This document shows positions 8,660 through 17,733 of a DNA stretch of 30,724 bases, in pieces (the first letter of the stretch is position 1; the number at the start of each line of letters is the position of its first letter). The notes beneath the pieces are model-generated. The model saw only the letters and a program-made list of their open reading frames with translations, was not told the DNA's origin and made no database searches. Made by a program: the position numbers and the translations under genes. The stretch comes from an uncultured archaeon (GTDB lineage Archaea > Asgardarchaeota > Thorarchaeia > Thorarchaeales > Thorarchaeaceae), in the NCBI GenBank assembly GCA_964648855.1, contig CAZYLT010000024.1:1-30724 (forward strand), in the 5' to 3' direction.

Positions 8660-9391
8660 ATGGTTGGCGGCGGTTCAGGTCAAAAAACAGGCGATAAGTG
8701 GCTCGACCTTGATGCAGTTGTTGTGGGCATTCAGAAAGGTCATTTGAGATTCGAGCTGTTTGTAGACCCTGACTTGGCTTTCAGGTATCGAAGAGGTGAG
8801 AACATTCCTCTGCAAGATATTCTGAAGAGTTATGAAGTCTACGAGGATGCCAGAAGAGGAGAGAGGGCTACAGAGACCCTCGTCGAAGATGCTTTTGGGT
8901 CTGAAGATGTATTTGACATTGCACCTGAGATTCTCCAGTATGGAGAATTCAAGCTAACACATGAACAGAGAAAACAACTAACCGAAGAGAAGACAGAAGA
9001 CATTATTCACAATATCTCCAAGCGGGCAATGAATCCCCAGACAGGTCATCCCCATCCGCCAGACCGAATTCGGCAGGCGATGGAGGAGGCAAAAATACAC
9101 ATTGATCCATTCATAAGTGCCGAAGAACAGGTGCCGGGAATTGTAAAATCACTTCGAGTGATTATTCCTATATCCTTTGAAAGCGTAAAAGTAAGAATCT
9201 CAATCCCAGCATCATATGCCGGCAAAGGTTACAATCTTGTTGCAAATGCTGGAGTCATTAAATCTGACGACTGGGAGCCTGATGGATCATGGAAGGGGCT
9301 TGTTGAAATCCCCGCATCAAAAAGACAAGAACTTTACGACGACCTGAACAAGTTAACCAAGGGTCAGGTCAAATTAGAAATAGTACGTTAA
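8660..9391 (+). CDS. sbds: Ribosome maturation protein SBDS/Sdo1
   Basis: RFELFVDPD, NPQTGHPHPPDRI..AM and IDPF motifs. It occupies the canonical position after psmA. Confidence 0.95.
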   Translation: MVGGGSGQKTGDKWLDLDAVVVGIQKGHLRFELFVDPDLAFRYRRGENIPLQDILKSYEVYEDARRGERATETLVEDAFGSEDVFDIAPEILQYGEFKLTHEQRKQLTEEKTEDIIHNISKRAMNPQTGHPHPPDRIRQAMEEAKIHIDPFISAEEQVPGIVKSLRVIIPISFESVKVRISIPASYAGKGYNLVANAGVIKSDDWEPDGSWKGLVEIPASKRQELYDDLNKLTKGQVKLEIVR

Positions 9392-9456
9392 GATACAGAC
9401 CCAGATTAGAGGGTCTTTCATTAAAAATAAGATAGAAGAATTAGAGAGGGAACACA

Positions 9457-10239
9457 TTGGCAGTTTACTTTGAAAAAAGAGAAGTAGTCGTTCCTGGACA
9501 GCTCTTGGCAGAAGGCAGATACAGAGCCTCAGTCGGGACCTACATGGAGGGTGAGAATGTTTACTCAACCATCATGGGTCTAGCAGAGCTTAGAGGAAAT
9601 ACAGTAAAAGTCGTGCCCCTTCAGGGAGTTTATATCCCTCGTGAAGGAGATCTAGTACTTGGCACAATAACCTACGTGGCGGGAAATAACTGGAAGGTTG
9701 ACATTGGTGGACCTTACCAGGCCTCGATACACGCAAACAACGCCCTGAGAAGACCCTATGATGACGACATATCAAAATACATGGATATCGGAGATGTCAT
9801 AGCAGCAGAGGTTTCAGCTTTTGATCGAGTTACAGGCCCCTATCTCACTATGAAGGGAAGAGGTCTGAGAAAGCTCGAAGGGGGAATGGTTGTACGTGTG
9901 AGTCCGGCAAAGATTCCACGCATCATTGGCCGAAAAGGCTCAATGATCAAGATGATCATGGATGCGCTGAAAATCAAGGTCATGGTCGGGCAGAATGGCA
10001 GGATTTGGGTCGATGCGCCAACTATTGATGTTATGCGCTTGGCCAGAAAAGCCTTCAGAATGATTGAAAATCAGTCACACACATCCAATTTGACCAATAG
10101 AGTCGAAGAGATGCTGAAGGAAGAGATGGCCAAACTCGAAGAGGCAGACGAAGAAGAGTCTAGTGACGATTCTGAAGAATCAGACGAAGAAGAAATTGAA
10201 GAAGAAGATATTGAAGAAGAGGAAGTGAATGAAGAATGA
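9457..10239 (+). CDS. rrp4: Exosome RNA-binding subunit Rrp4 (S1+KH) with an acidic tail
   Basis: VVPGQLL, YIPREGDLVLG, KIPRIIGRKGSM and GQNGRIW motifs. TTG start. Confidence 0.95.
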   Translation: MAVYFEKREVVVPGQLLAEGRYRASVGTYMEGENVYSTIMGLAELRGNTVKVVPLQGVYIPREGDLVLGTITYVAGNNWKVDIGGPYQASIHANNALRRPYDDDISKYMDIGDVIAAEVSAFDRVTGPYLTMKGRGLRKLEGGMVVRVSPAKIPRIIGRKGSMIKMIMDALKIKVMVGQNGRIWVDAPTIDVMRLARKAFRMIENQSHTSNLTNRVEEMLKEEMAKLEEADEEESSDDSEESDEEEIEEEDIEEEEVNEE

Positions 10240-11036
10240 GTCAAGAAACAAAGCCCGATTATTTGATTAATCCAGAGGGGCTAAGACTTGATGGACGCAG
10301 GCCAGATGAAATGAGGCCTGTGGAAATGAAGGTAGGCGTCCTTAAGCAGGCAGATGGGTCTGCCTCAATACGTCAAGGCAAAACCTACATTATAGCAGCA
10401 GTATATGGACCCAGAGAACTACACCCAAGGCACCTTACATTAAACGATAGGGCATATCTAAGGGTGGCATATCGAATGACTACGTTCTCTGTACCAGACA
10501 GGAAACGACCAGCACCCTCTCGAAGAGAGAGAGAAATTTCAATGGTCATTGCAAACGCATTGAGCCCTGCCATATTCCTTGAGGAATTTCCCAAGGCAGT
10601 GATTGATGTCTATGTTACCGTTATCCAAGCTGATGGCGGAACGCGATGTGCTGCAACAAATGCAGCCTCCTTGGCATTGGCTGATGCAGGGATTCCAATG
10701 AGAAGCTTGGTTCCGTCAATTGCTGTAGGAAAAGCGGAAGGAAAACTCCTCGTTGATCTTGGTGATCAGGAAGACAAATACGGTGGAGGCGACATTCCTT
10801 TGGCGATACTACCAGAAAATGAAGAAATTGTGCTATTACAGCAGGATGGTTCTTTCACTCGCGAGGAGATTGTTGAAGCAATCAAGATGGGCATCAATTC
10901 ATGCAAATATTTGCATGAACTTCAGAAAGATGCTCTGAAATTGGCTTATTCTAAGAAGGCTCCCGCGGATGATGAAGACTACGATGATGACTTGGAACAT
11001 GTCCCTGGTGAAGATTTTCCGGAGGAGGATGAGTAG
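10236..11036 (+). CDS. rrp41: Exosome catalytic subunit Rrp41 (RNase PH fold)
   Basis: RLDGR..DEMRP, ADGSA, VYGPRE, PSRRE.EIS and ADGGTRCA motifs, plus the catalytic D...ED.....D region. Confidence 0.97.
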   Translation: MSQETKPDYLINPEGLRLDGRRPDEMRPVEMKVGVLKQADGSASIRQGKTYIIAAVYGPRELHPRHLTLNDRAYLRVAYRMTTFSVPDRKRPAPSRREREISMVIANALSPAIFLEEFPKAVIDVYVTVIQADGGTRCAATNAASLALADAGIPMRSLVPSIAVGKAEGKLLVDLGDQEDKYGGGDIPLAILPENEEIVLLQQDGSFTREEIVEAIKMGINSCKYLHELQKDALKLAYSKKAPADDEDYDDDLEHVPGEDFPEEDE

Positions 11037-11038
11037 AC

Positions 11039-11866
11039 ATGGGTGACTTTAGTGGTGAAGTAATTAGCCACATTGATAGAGAATACGTTCGTCAGCTATT
11101 GGACAATGGTGAACGGATTGATGGTCGTGCCTTTGATGAATATCGACCAGTCGAAATAGAACTCAACGTAGTTCCTGCTAAGGCAGAAGGCTCCGCCCTG
11201 GTAAATATTGGTGATACCAGTGTTGTTGCAGGGGTCAAAGTATTAGTTGGAGATCCATACCCAGACACACCTGACCAGGGAGTTACCGTGGTCACTGCTG
11301 AGCTACCACCTTTGGCATCACCAATGTTCGAACTTGGTCCACCAAGACAAGACGCCATTGAGTTGGCACGTGTTGTGGATAGAGGTGTACGCGAGTCTGA
11401 GAGTGTAAACGTATCTAAGCTTGTTATTGAGTCTGGAAAGAAGGTATACCTGGTGTTTTGTGACGTGTATCCACTAGAATATGATGGGAACTTGATCGAT
11501 GCATCGTCATTGGCTGTGAACGCCGCACTGGGTTCAGCTCAGTATCCTGAGATGAAGCTCGAAGACGGTGATTTAGTCGAAACCGGAAAAATACTCAAAG
11601 TGCCCGTCGAAAATCACGCTATCGAGTGCACAATCGGCAAAATCGGTAAACACTTGGTCATTGACCCTCATATCAAAGAGGAGATGGTTCAGGACAGCCG
11701 ATTAACCGTGGCTGTGGATGAGTCTCAGAATCTTACCGCAATCCAGAAGGGTGGCGGAGTCGGCCCGATGACATTGGATGAAATAGACCAATCCATGGGT
11801 ATGGCACTTGAAGGCTCAAAGCAGCTTCGAGAGATTCTAGAGCAAGCTTTGAAAGAAGTGGACTAG
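11039..11866 (+). CDS. rrp42: Exosome subunit Rrp42
   Basis: RIDGR..DEYR, AEGSA.V.IGDT, PYPDTPDQG, ELARVVDRG.RES and DGNLIDA motifs. Confidence 0.96.
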   Translation: MGDFSGEVISHIDREYVRQLLDNGERIDGRAFDEYRPVEIELNVVPAKAEGSALVNIGDTSVVAGVKVLVGDPYPDTPDQGVTVVTAELPPLASPMFELGPPRQDAIELARVVDRGVRESESVNVSKLVIESGKKVYLVFCDVYPLEYDGNLIDASSLAVNAALGSAQYPEMKLEDGDLVETGKILKVPVENHAIECTIGKIGKHLVIDPHIKEEMVQDSRLTVAVDESQNLTAIQKGGGVGPMTLDEIDQSMGMALEGSKQLREILEQALKEVD

Positions 11867-11883
11867 CGGAATATTGAGGTAGA

Positions 11884-11902
11884 GAGAGGGATTCTCCCTC
11901 TC
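11884..11902 (+). terminator. Stem-loop downstream of rrp42 (terminator or processing/stability hairpin)
   Basis: GAGAGGGA-TTC-TCCCTCTC forms a perfect 8-bp stem followed by pyrimidines. Confidence 0.45.
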
Positions 11903-12020
11903 CTCTTCAGCCGCTAAATAGATATGCTAATAAGGCTAACCGAGGGCGACTGCCTGACTTCATCAGCGCTCTCAAAGGCTATAGTTTTGAAGTCAAATTA
12001 TCACTTGAGGCGAACATAAG

Positions 12021-12449
12021 ATGGGAAGAACAAAGAAAGTTGGAACCACAGGCCGACTTGGAGCTAGATACGGTGCAAAACTTCGTAGGACTGTTCTTGA
12101 TATTGAGAAGCGGCGAGATGAACCTCATCGCTGTCCATCTTGTGCAACGAGAGCTCTCAAGAGAAAGGCAGCTGGTCTTTGGGAATGCCGCAAGTGTGAA
12201 CTTGTTTTCGCTGGTGGGGCATATGTGCCCTATACTGACGCTGGCAGAGCGGCAAGAAGAGCTATTGCACAACGTGTAGCTGGTGACTTTCTCTCTCTCC
12301 GTGAAGAAGAGGATGTGGAGTCATTAGAATTCCTTCCTAATATAGAGAAAACCCCTGTAATTGAGGCATCTGATGTCATGGAAGGCGAAGAGGAAATCGA
12401 AGAACCTCTTGAGGATTTTTCCGAAGAACCCCCTGAAGACGAAATGTAG
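12021..12449 (+). CDS. rpl37ae: 50S ribosomal protein L37ae (eL43) with a long acidic C-terminal extension
   Basis: TKKVG..GR.GARYG..LR, CPSC, GLWECRKC and FAGGAY motifs. Confidence 0.95.
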   Translation: MGRTKKVGTTGRLGARYGAKLRRTVLDIEKRRDEPHRCPSCATRALKRKAAGLWECRKCELVFAGGAYVPYTDAGRAARRAIAQRVAGDFLSLREEEDVESLEFLPNIEKTPVIEASDVMEGEEEIEEPLEDFSEEPPEDEM

Positions 12450-12460
12450 GACGGACACTG

Positions 12461-13018
12461 TTGCCTTCGGTTTTGTTGACAACTAGTAGAAGAACCTCGG
12501 GGAGAGTACGTTCATTTATACGAGACCTGGCATACTCAATTCCGGACTCGATTCGGTTTAATCGCGGCAGTATGAATATGGCTCAGCTTCGTGCACGCAT
12601 AAATCAGGTAGGGGCAAACGCCGCCATTATTGTTTCTATGTTCAGAGGAAATCCGGGAGAACTCAGCTTTATTGACGAATCAGGAGAGGAGATCCTCAAC
12701 ATACGCATGGAGAGTGCAGCTTTGCGTAGAGAGGTTTCTCCCGATTCTAGTACCAAGAATGTATCTTGTTTGGGTGTAGCTGTCAAGAAAGATAGTAGTG
12801 AACGAACACTCAGTTTGGCCACAGAACTGGCAGAACTCTTTAACATGGAGCTTCACGTAACAGCCTCTCCATATGATATCACAAATGGCCAAACAAGGTC
12901 CAGTTTCGTGTGGTTGGAGGACCTGAAAAAAGGTAAAATCCTTTGGACTCAATATATTACGGATGATTACAAAGAAATTGGTCCTAGAATCAGAATATCA
13001 TCGCTGAGACGTGGCTAA
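12461..13018 (+). CDS. Brix/Imp4-domain ribosome biogenesis protein
   Basis: LLTTSR..S.R.RSF..DL, NRG.M, GNPG and GPRIRI motifs, in the canonical superoperon position. Confidence 0.88.
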   Translation: MPSVLLTTSRRTSGRVRSFIRDLAYSIPDSIRFNRGSMNMAQLRARINQVGANAAIIVSMFRGNPGELSFIDESGEEILNIRMESAALRREVSPDSSTKNVSCLGVAVKKDSSERTLSLATELAELFNMELHVTASPYDITNGQTRSSFVWLEDLKKGKILWTQYITDDYKEIGPRIRISSLRRG

Positions 13019-13292
13019 GATGGCTGAATTATCAAACGGAGGCTCAATTGTACTAGAGATTGAAACTTCATCAGTTGGGGAAGCCACTATCTTGCTTAAA
13101 TCAGTCCAACCAGAAACCCATTCAGCCCCATCTGATAGAGCGCGGGTTGATGTATCCCAGACTGGCTCCATCCTACGCATAGAAATCACTGCAGACGACT
13201 TTGTCGCTTTACGTGCAGCGACCAATTCATATCTTGGTTGGATATCCGCAAGTATTCGCGCTCGACAAACTCTGCTAGGCGAAAGTCCTTAA
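13011..13292 (+). CDS. pcc1: KEOPS complex subunit Pcc1
   Basis: SVQPE...DRA.V...L.IEI.A.D..ALRAA.NSYL.W signature. Confidence 0.9.
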   Translation: MAKMAELSNGGSIVLEIETSSVGEATILLKSVQPETHSAPSDRARVDVSQTGSILRIEITADDFVALRAATNSYLGWISASIRARQTLLGESP

Positions 13293-13352
13293 GTCTCAGA
13301 CTTGACGCGATTATAGAGAATTCACCACTTTTAGATTTGGAGTGAGAAAAAG

Positions 13353-13715
13353 ATGGCACAGAGCATTCCTCCCGCCTTGGAGCAGGAATTGAGAAAATTT
13401 GAGAACCTTCGGAAGCAATACGAGTCATTTCAGATGACAAACCAGACGATGCAACAAGAGCTTAATGAAGTAAATGCTACTCTGGATGAACTAAAGAAAC
13501 AGCCGGAAGATGTGACAACCTACAAGTCAGTTGGAAGCGTTATGTTCGAGGTTGACAAGCCCAAACTCATGGAAGACTTAGATGACCGTCAGAAGACTCT
13601 AGAAATGCGTCTTGCTAGTACGAAGAAGAAGCTTGAAAAACTGAGTACCGACTTGCAAGAACTTCAAAATAAGATCCAAGTTGAACTCGGCAAACAAAAC
13701 CTTCGACTTCAGTGA
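13353..13715 (+). CDS. pfdB: Prefoldin beta subunit
   Basis: 120-aa coiled coil with LDEL....D...YKSVG.VM, in the canonical position after pcc1. Confidence 0.93.
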   Translation: MAQSIPPALEQELRKFENLRKQYESFQMTNQTMQQELNEVNATLDELKKQPEDVTTYKSVGSVMFEVDKPKLMEDLDDRQKTLEMRLASTKKKLEKLSTDLQELQNKIQVELGKQNLRLQ

Positions 13716-14023
13716 CCGATAAGATGAAACCGCCTGTTGACGTAGGCTTGCCTTCTCTTGATTCCAGTGAGGTCGAGATACTAGCTGAAAAATGTGAAGA
13801 AGAGATAACCGCCTTCATATTTCAGAGAATCCCCCAGAAGAGCATAGAAGAAATGACTGTGAGTTGTGCTTTGGAAATGGATGAGCAACTTAACCTTGAG
13901 ATTGAGATTGAAATTAACCAGAAGTACGAAACTGGTCATGAACTTGAGAACGTTATCGAAGCGGCTGCAGATTATGGCTCTGATTGGCTTGAAGGGCGTC
14001 TACGAGAGATGAAGACAAATTGA
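13712..14023 (+). CDS. DUF3194-like conserved archaeal protein
   Basis: Acidic protein of about 100 aa between prefoldin beta and DHH, the usual position of this family. Confidence 0.65.
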   Translation: MTDKMKPPVDVGLPSLDSSEVEILAEKCEEEITAFIFQRIPQKSIEEMTVSCALEMDEQLNLEIEIEINQKYETGHELENVIEAAADYGSDWLEGRLREMKTN

Positions 14024-15021
14024 AAATTCAGGATCTGTTAACATCTGCCCAACGCGCTTTAGTGCTTGGACACCATAACGCAGATCCTGATGCGATTGGC
14101 TCAATGTATGCATTTCAGAGCGCAATCGAGAAAGTTAACCCTAACTGCAATGTTACACTAGCTTGTGACGATGTAAGCAGGCTGTCAAATCAAGTCCTCC
14201 AAACTTTTTCACCTGATGTTCAAATCAAAGATGAAGCATCGGGCACATTTGACTTAGTCGTTCTACTCGATACCAACAGCAGACTGCAAATTGGTTCTCA
14301 ATTCCAAGATTATACAAAAGACCCCTCAAAGGTCCTTGTAATCGATCATCACGAAGAAGACCCTGAGATTTCCAAATTGGCAGCAACAAGCATTATCCAT
14401 ACTGACCGCTCATCTACCTGCGAAATAGTCACAGGCCTTTTTGATAGCATGAATTTGGATATGGACAAAATCACCGCGAACTTATTACTTGTAGGGATGA
14501 TGTTTGATACAAGACGGTTTTTCTACGCTGACCAAGAAACCCTGTCAACAGCTCTCAAGCTTCTAGAGTACGGTGCGGAGTATGAAGAATGTGTATATTC
14601 ACTAATCATTCGACCTGATAGGTCTGAGCGTATTGCCCGACTGAAGGCAGCATCTCGCACGAGAATTCATACGATTTCTAAATGGATTGTGACCACTTCC
14701 ACTGTAAATGCTTTTGAAGCAAGTTCTTGCCGCGGGCTTATCGGATTAGGCGCGGATGTTGCCATTATTGCTGGAAAGCCAGCAGAAAATGTGGTCCGCT
14801 TCAGTGCTAGGAGCACTAAAGAATTCTATGAAGAAACAAAAGTCAACCTCGGGACAGATGTCATGGAGCCATTGGGTGAAATAATCGGGGGCAAAGGCGG
14901 TGGCCACCCTAACGCCGCAGGAGCCAATGGTGTTGAAAACAGAACGAAAGGATTGAAAAAGTCGGTTGAATTCATTCGCACTGCAATAGCCAAATCGGAA
15001 TCCAATCGTCTTGATTCTTGA
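14020..15021 (+). CDS. DHH/DHHA1 family phosphoesterase
   Basis: HHNADPDAIGS, LLDT, VIDHH, SSTCEI, D-T..F and GGGH motifs. Confidence 0.92.
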   Translation: MKIQDLLTSAQRALVLGHHNADPDAIGSMYAFQSAIEKVNPNCNVTLACDDVSRLSNQVLQTFSPDVQIKDEASGTFDLVVLLDTNSRLQIGSQFQDYTKDPSKVLVIDHHEEDPEISKLAATSIIHTDRSSTCEIVTGLFDSMNLDMDKITANLLLVGMMFDTRRFFYADQETLSTALKLLEYGAEYEECVYSLIIRPDRSERIARLKAASRTRIHTISKWIVTTSTVNAFEASSCRGLIGLGADVAIIAGKPAENVVRFSARSTKEFYEETKVNLGTDVMEPLGEIIGGKGGGHPNAAGANGVENRTKGLKKSVEFIRTAIAKSESNRLDS

Positions 15022-15034
15022 GGAAGTGAAAGTA

Positions 15035-15877
15035 ATGCCTTTGGTAGAGTTTTCGGACTTCAGTTTCAAATATCTTGGCTCCGAATCTCTGGCGCTCGAC
15101 AAAGTCAATCTGACTATAGAAAGAGGCGAGTACATAGTTGTAACTGGTCCAAGCGGGTGCGGAAAGACTACACTTTGCAGAGCAATTAACGGGCTTGTAC
15201 CTCATTTTCATCGAGGGTATATTGCTGGACATGTATATGTCAAAGGAAAAGATACTCGAGAGAGTAAGGTTTCAGATTTAGCCACCGTTGCTGGATTGGT
15301 CTTTCAAAACCCTGCCAATCAGCTCGTCACACTGAACGTAGAAAAGGAGATAGCATTTGGACCTGAGAATCTGGCGGTAGACCCCCCAATTATCCGTGCC
15401 CGGATTGAGAAATTGATTCAGACACTTGGACTTGAGGACCTTCGGGACAAACACCCCCACGAGATGTCGGGTGGAGAGCAGCAGCGAGTGGCTTTGGCTG
15501 CAACATTGGCTCTAGAACCGACAATATTGATAGCCGACGAACCAACATCGAATTTGGACCCTAAGAACGCAGAGTTGATTCTTGACATTTTATCAGGTCT
15601 CAATAGACAGGGAATGACAATTCTACTGGTTGAACATCGGCTTGACCTAGTAGCTCGGGATGCTACACGAGTGATAATTATGGATCGAGGGCGTATTATT
15701 GCTGATGATACCGCCCGTGCTGTTCTATCCTCAGATTTGGCTGATGAGATTGGAATCGGGATACCAAAAGCAACGCAAATCTATCGCCGATTAAAGGCTG
15801 GAGGGATAAACCTAGATGGAGTTCCTCTCACTGGAGACGAGCTTGCCAACCTTGTGCAGGAGGCGAGTAGGAAATGA
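15035..15877 (+). CDS. ECF transporter ATPase (EcfA/CbiO-like)
   Basis: GPSGCGKT, VFQNP..Q, EIAFGPEN, MSGGEQQR, ADEPTS.LD and VEH motifs. Confidence 0.92.
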   Translation: MPLVEFSDFSFKYLGSESLALDKVNLTIERGEYIVVTGPSGCGKTTLCRAINGLVPHFHRGYIAGHVYVKGKDTRESKVSDLATVAGLVFQNPANQLVTLNVEKEIAFGPENLAVDPPIIRARIEKLIQTLGLEDLRDKHPHEMSGGEQQRVALAATLALEPTILIADEPTSNLDPKNAELILDILSGLNRQGMTILLVEHRLDLVARDATRVIIMDRGRIIADDTARAVLSSDLADEIGIGIPKATQIYRRLKAGGINLDGVPLTGDELANLVQEASRK

Positions 15878-16698
15878 TGCTTCTAGAAAATGTCCATTAT
15901 GCATACGATGGCATATATCCTGCCTTGAATGGTGTATCACTACAGATCGATTCCGGTGAACGAGTTGCTCTAATGGGGGGCAATGGTGCAGGGAAGACAA
16001 CGTTACTGAAACATATGAACGGTCTTCTTAGACCGCAACAAGGGCGGGTTTTTTTGGATGGGCGTGATTCGAGTGAGATGTCTGTTGCTGAGATGTCCAA
16101 GAAGGTAGGACTGGTCTGGCAAAATCCGGACCATCAGCTATTCTTAGATAGTGTCAAGAAAGAAGTAGTATTTGGCCTTGAGAAATTGGGGTTTGATGAA
16201 GAAGAAGCCACTAGGAAATGTTCTCAAACACTAGCGCGCCTTGGACTTGGTGACCTAGCAGATAGGTCACCATTCTCTCTCTCGGGAGGAGAACGAAAAC
16301 GTGTCGCTTTAGCGTCAATTCTTGTGACCGAGCCAAAATTTCTCGCCCTTGATGAGCCTACTATTGGACAGGATGCCCGACAAAAGGAAAAACTTGCAAG
16401 CCTTATAATGAAGCTCAATGAGAGCGGTTGTACTGTTCTGTGTGTGACGCATGACATCGAGTTTGTAGTCGAGCATTTCCCACGCACCATAGCGATGTCT
16501 GACGGAGTGATAATCGCGGATGGGGATACCAAATCTGTTCTTACAAATGATTATGTTGTGGAAAGGGCATCGTTAGCATACCCCGAGCTCGTTCGTGCCG
16601 CCAGAGCATTAAGACGCAACTCTATCGACGTACCGGAAAAGACAACACAATTGGTAGAGCTAGAAACAGCTCTATTGCGAATTCTGGGAGGGAGCTGA
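15874..16698 (+). CDS. Second ECF transporter ATPase (EcfA')
   Basis: GGNGAGKT, WQNPDHQLF, LSGGE.KR, LDEPT and VTHD motifs. Confidence 0.92.
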   Translation: MMLLENVHYAYDGIYPALNGVSLQIDSGERVALMGGNGAGKTTLLKHMNGLLRPQQGRVFLDGRDSSEMSVAEMSKKVGLVWQNPDHQLFLDSVKKEVVFGLEKLGFDEEEATRKCSQTLARLGLGDLADRSPFSLSGGERKRVALASILVTEPKFLALDEPTIGQDARQKEKLASLIMKLNESGCTVLCVTHDIEFVVEHFPRTIAMSDGVIIADGDTKSVLTNDYVVERASLAYPELVRAARALRRNSIDVPEKTTQLVELETALLRILGGS

Positions 16699-16699
16699 A

Positions 16700-17470
16700 T
16701 TGTCATTCTTGGAAGTCTTTCAATACACGCGAAAGCAGACTCCCATCCACAACTTAGACCCGCGCTCAAAGATGGTGTTCTCGATTATGCTAGCAACCAT
16801 CTCCTTGATGTTTTTGAATGTCACTTTGCTCGTTGTGTTATTGGGCATTCTGATTCCAATCCTAACTATCAGCGAATCACTTGGGCGATGGTCGAAGAGT
16901 ATGCGAGGCCTGCTACCCTTGATCCTGTTCATAATCATGTTCAACACACTTTTTTCCACTTTACAGAATCCATTCTCTCATTCAATTGCGTTAGCTGTGC
17001 GGCTTATTGTACTAATGACATCATTCTCTTTGTTCTTTCTGACGGTTCATCCCGATGAACTATCCCAAGCGTTGATACAGATGGGCGTGGGATTTGAATT
17101 TGCCTTCGCTATGAGCATGTCAATGAGATATGTTCCAACACTGGGACAAGAAGCATATGCCATAATGGATGCCCAGAGGGCAAGAGGTGTTGAATTGGAT
17201 AAGGGCAACTTGCTCACCCGAATCCGAAATATTGTCCCAATTATTGTTCCGCTCATAATTGTTTCAATTAGACGTGCCTTATCTGTCGCTGAGAGCATGG
17301 AATCGCGCGGGTTCGGTGCCTCTGAAAACAGGACATACATCCATGAACTATCATTTCGTCGTCGGGATTGGGCCTTATCGATTATATCGCTTCTGTGCCT
17401 GTTCGTGATGATTTATGTTCGCCTCTATATTCCTCTTCCTGATTGGATTCTCTGGTCTATCCCCTTCTAG
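16700..17470 (+). CDS. ECF transporter transmembrane component T (EcfT/CbiQ)
   Basis: HNLDPR.K, RYVP, AQRARG and AESMESRG X-R-X motifs. Confidence 0.92.
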   Translation: MSFLEVFQYTRKQTPIHNLDPRSKMVFSIMLATISLMFLNVTLLVVLLGILIPILTISESLGRWSKSMRGLLPLILFIIMFNTLFSTLQNPFSHSIALAVRLIVLMTSFSLFFLTVHPDELSQALIQMGVGFEFAFAMSMSMRYVPTLGQEAYAIMDAQRARGVELDKGNLLTRIRNIVPIIVPLIIVSIRRALSVAESMESRGFGASENRTYIHELSFRRRDWALSIISLLCLFVMIYVRLYIPLPDWILWSIPF

Positions 17471-17733
17471 GAATATAACAAGTGTCCAAAAAATGAGTCT
17501 AAGCAAAATCCATGTAAGGACAACAATGGGTGGTTCTTCACCAATAATCTCCAAGTGTGAATAGAGATTTTCTTATGCAAGATGGAAGATATTTTCTCAG
17601 GCTGTTTAAATGGTCTCTCTAGGTTACCAAGTTCTTCCTCTACTGAAGTGGTTCTGCGACCCCGCAAGACCGTTCTTTACACTTGCAGAAGCTTTGTTAT
17701 GGTAGGTTGTAGTAAAATGGACTAGTGTGCCCA

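Noticed and set aside
10135-10235. GAA-rich repeats as a tandem repeat or CRISPR array
   Set aside because: They simply encode the Glu/Asp tail of Rrp4 and have no repeat-spacer structure.
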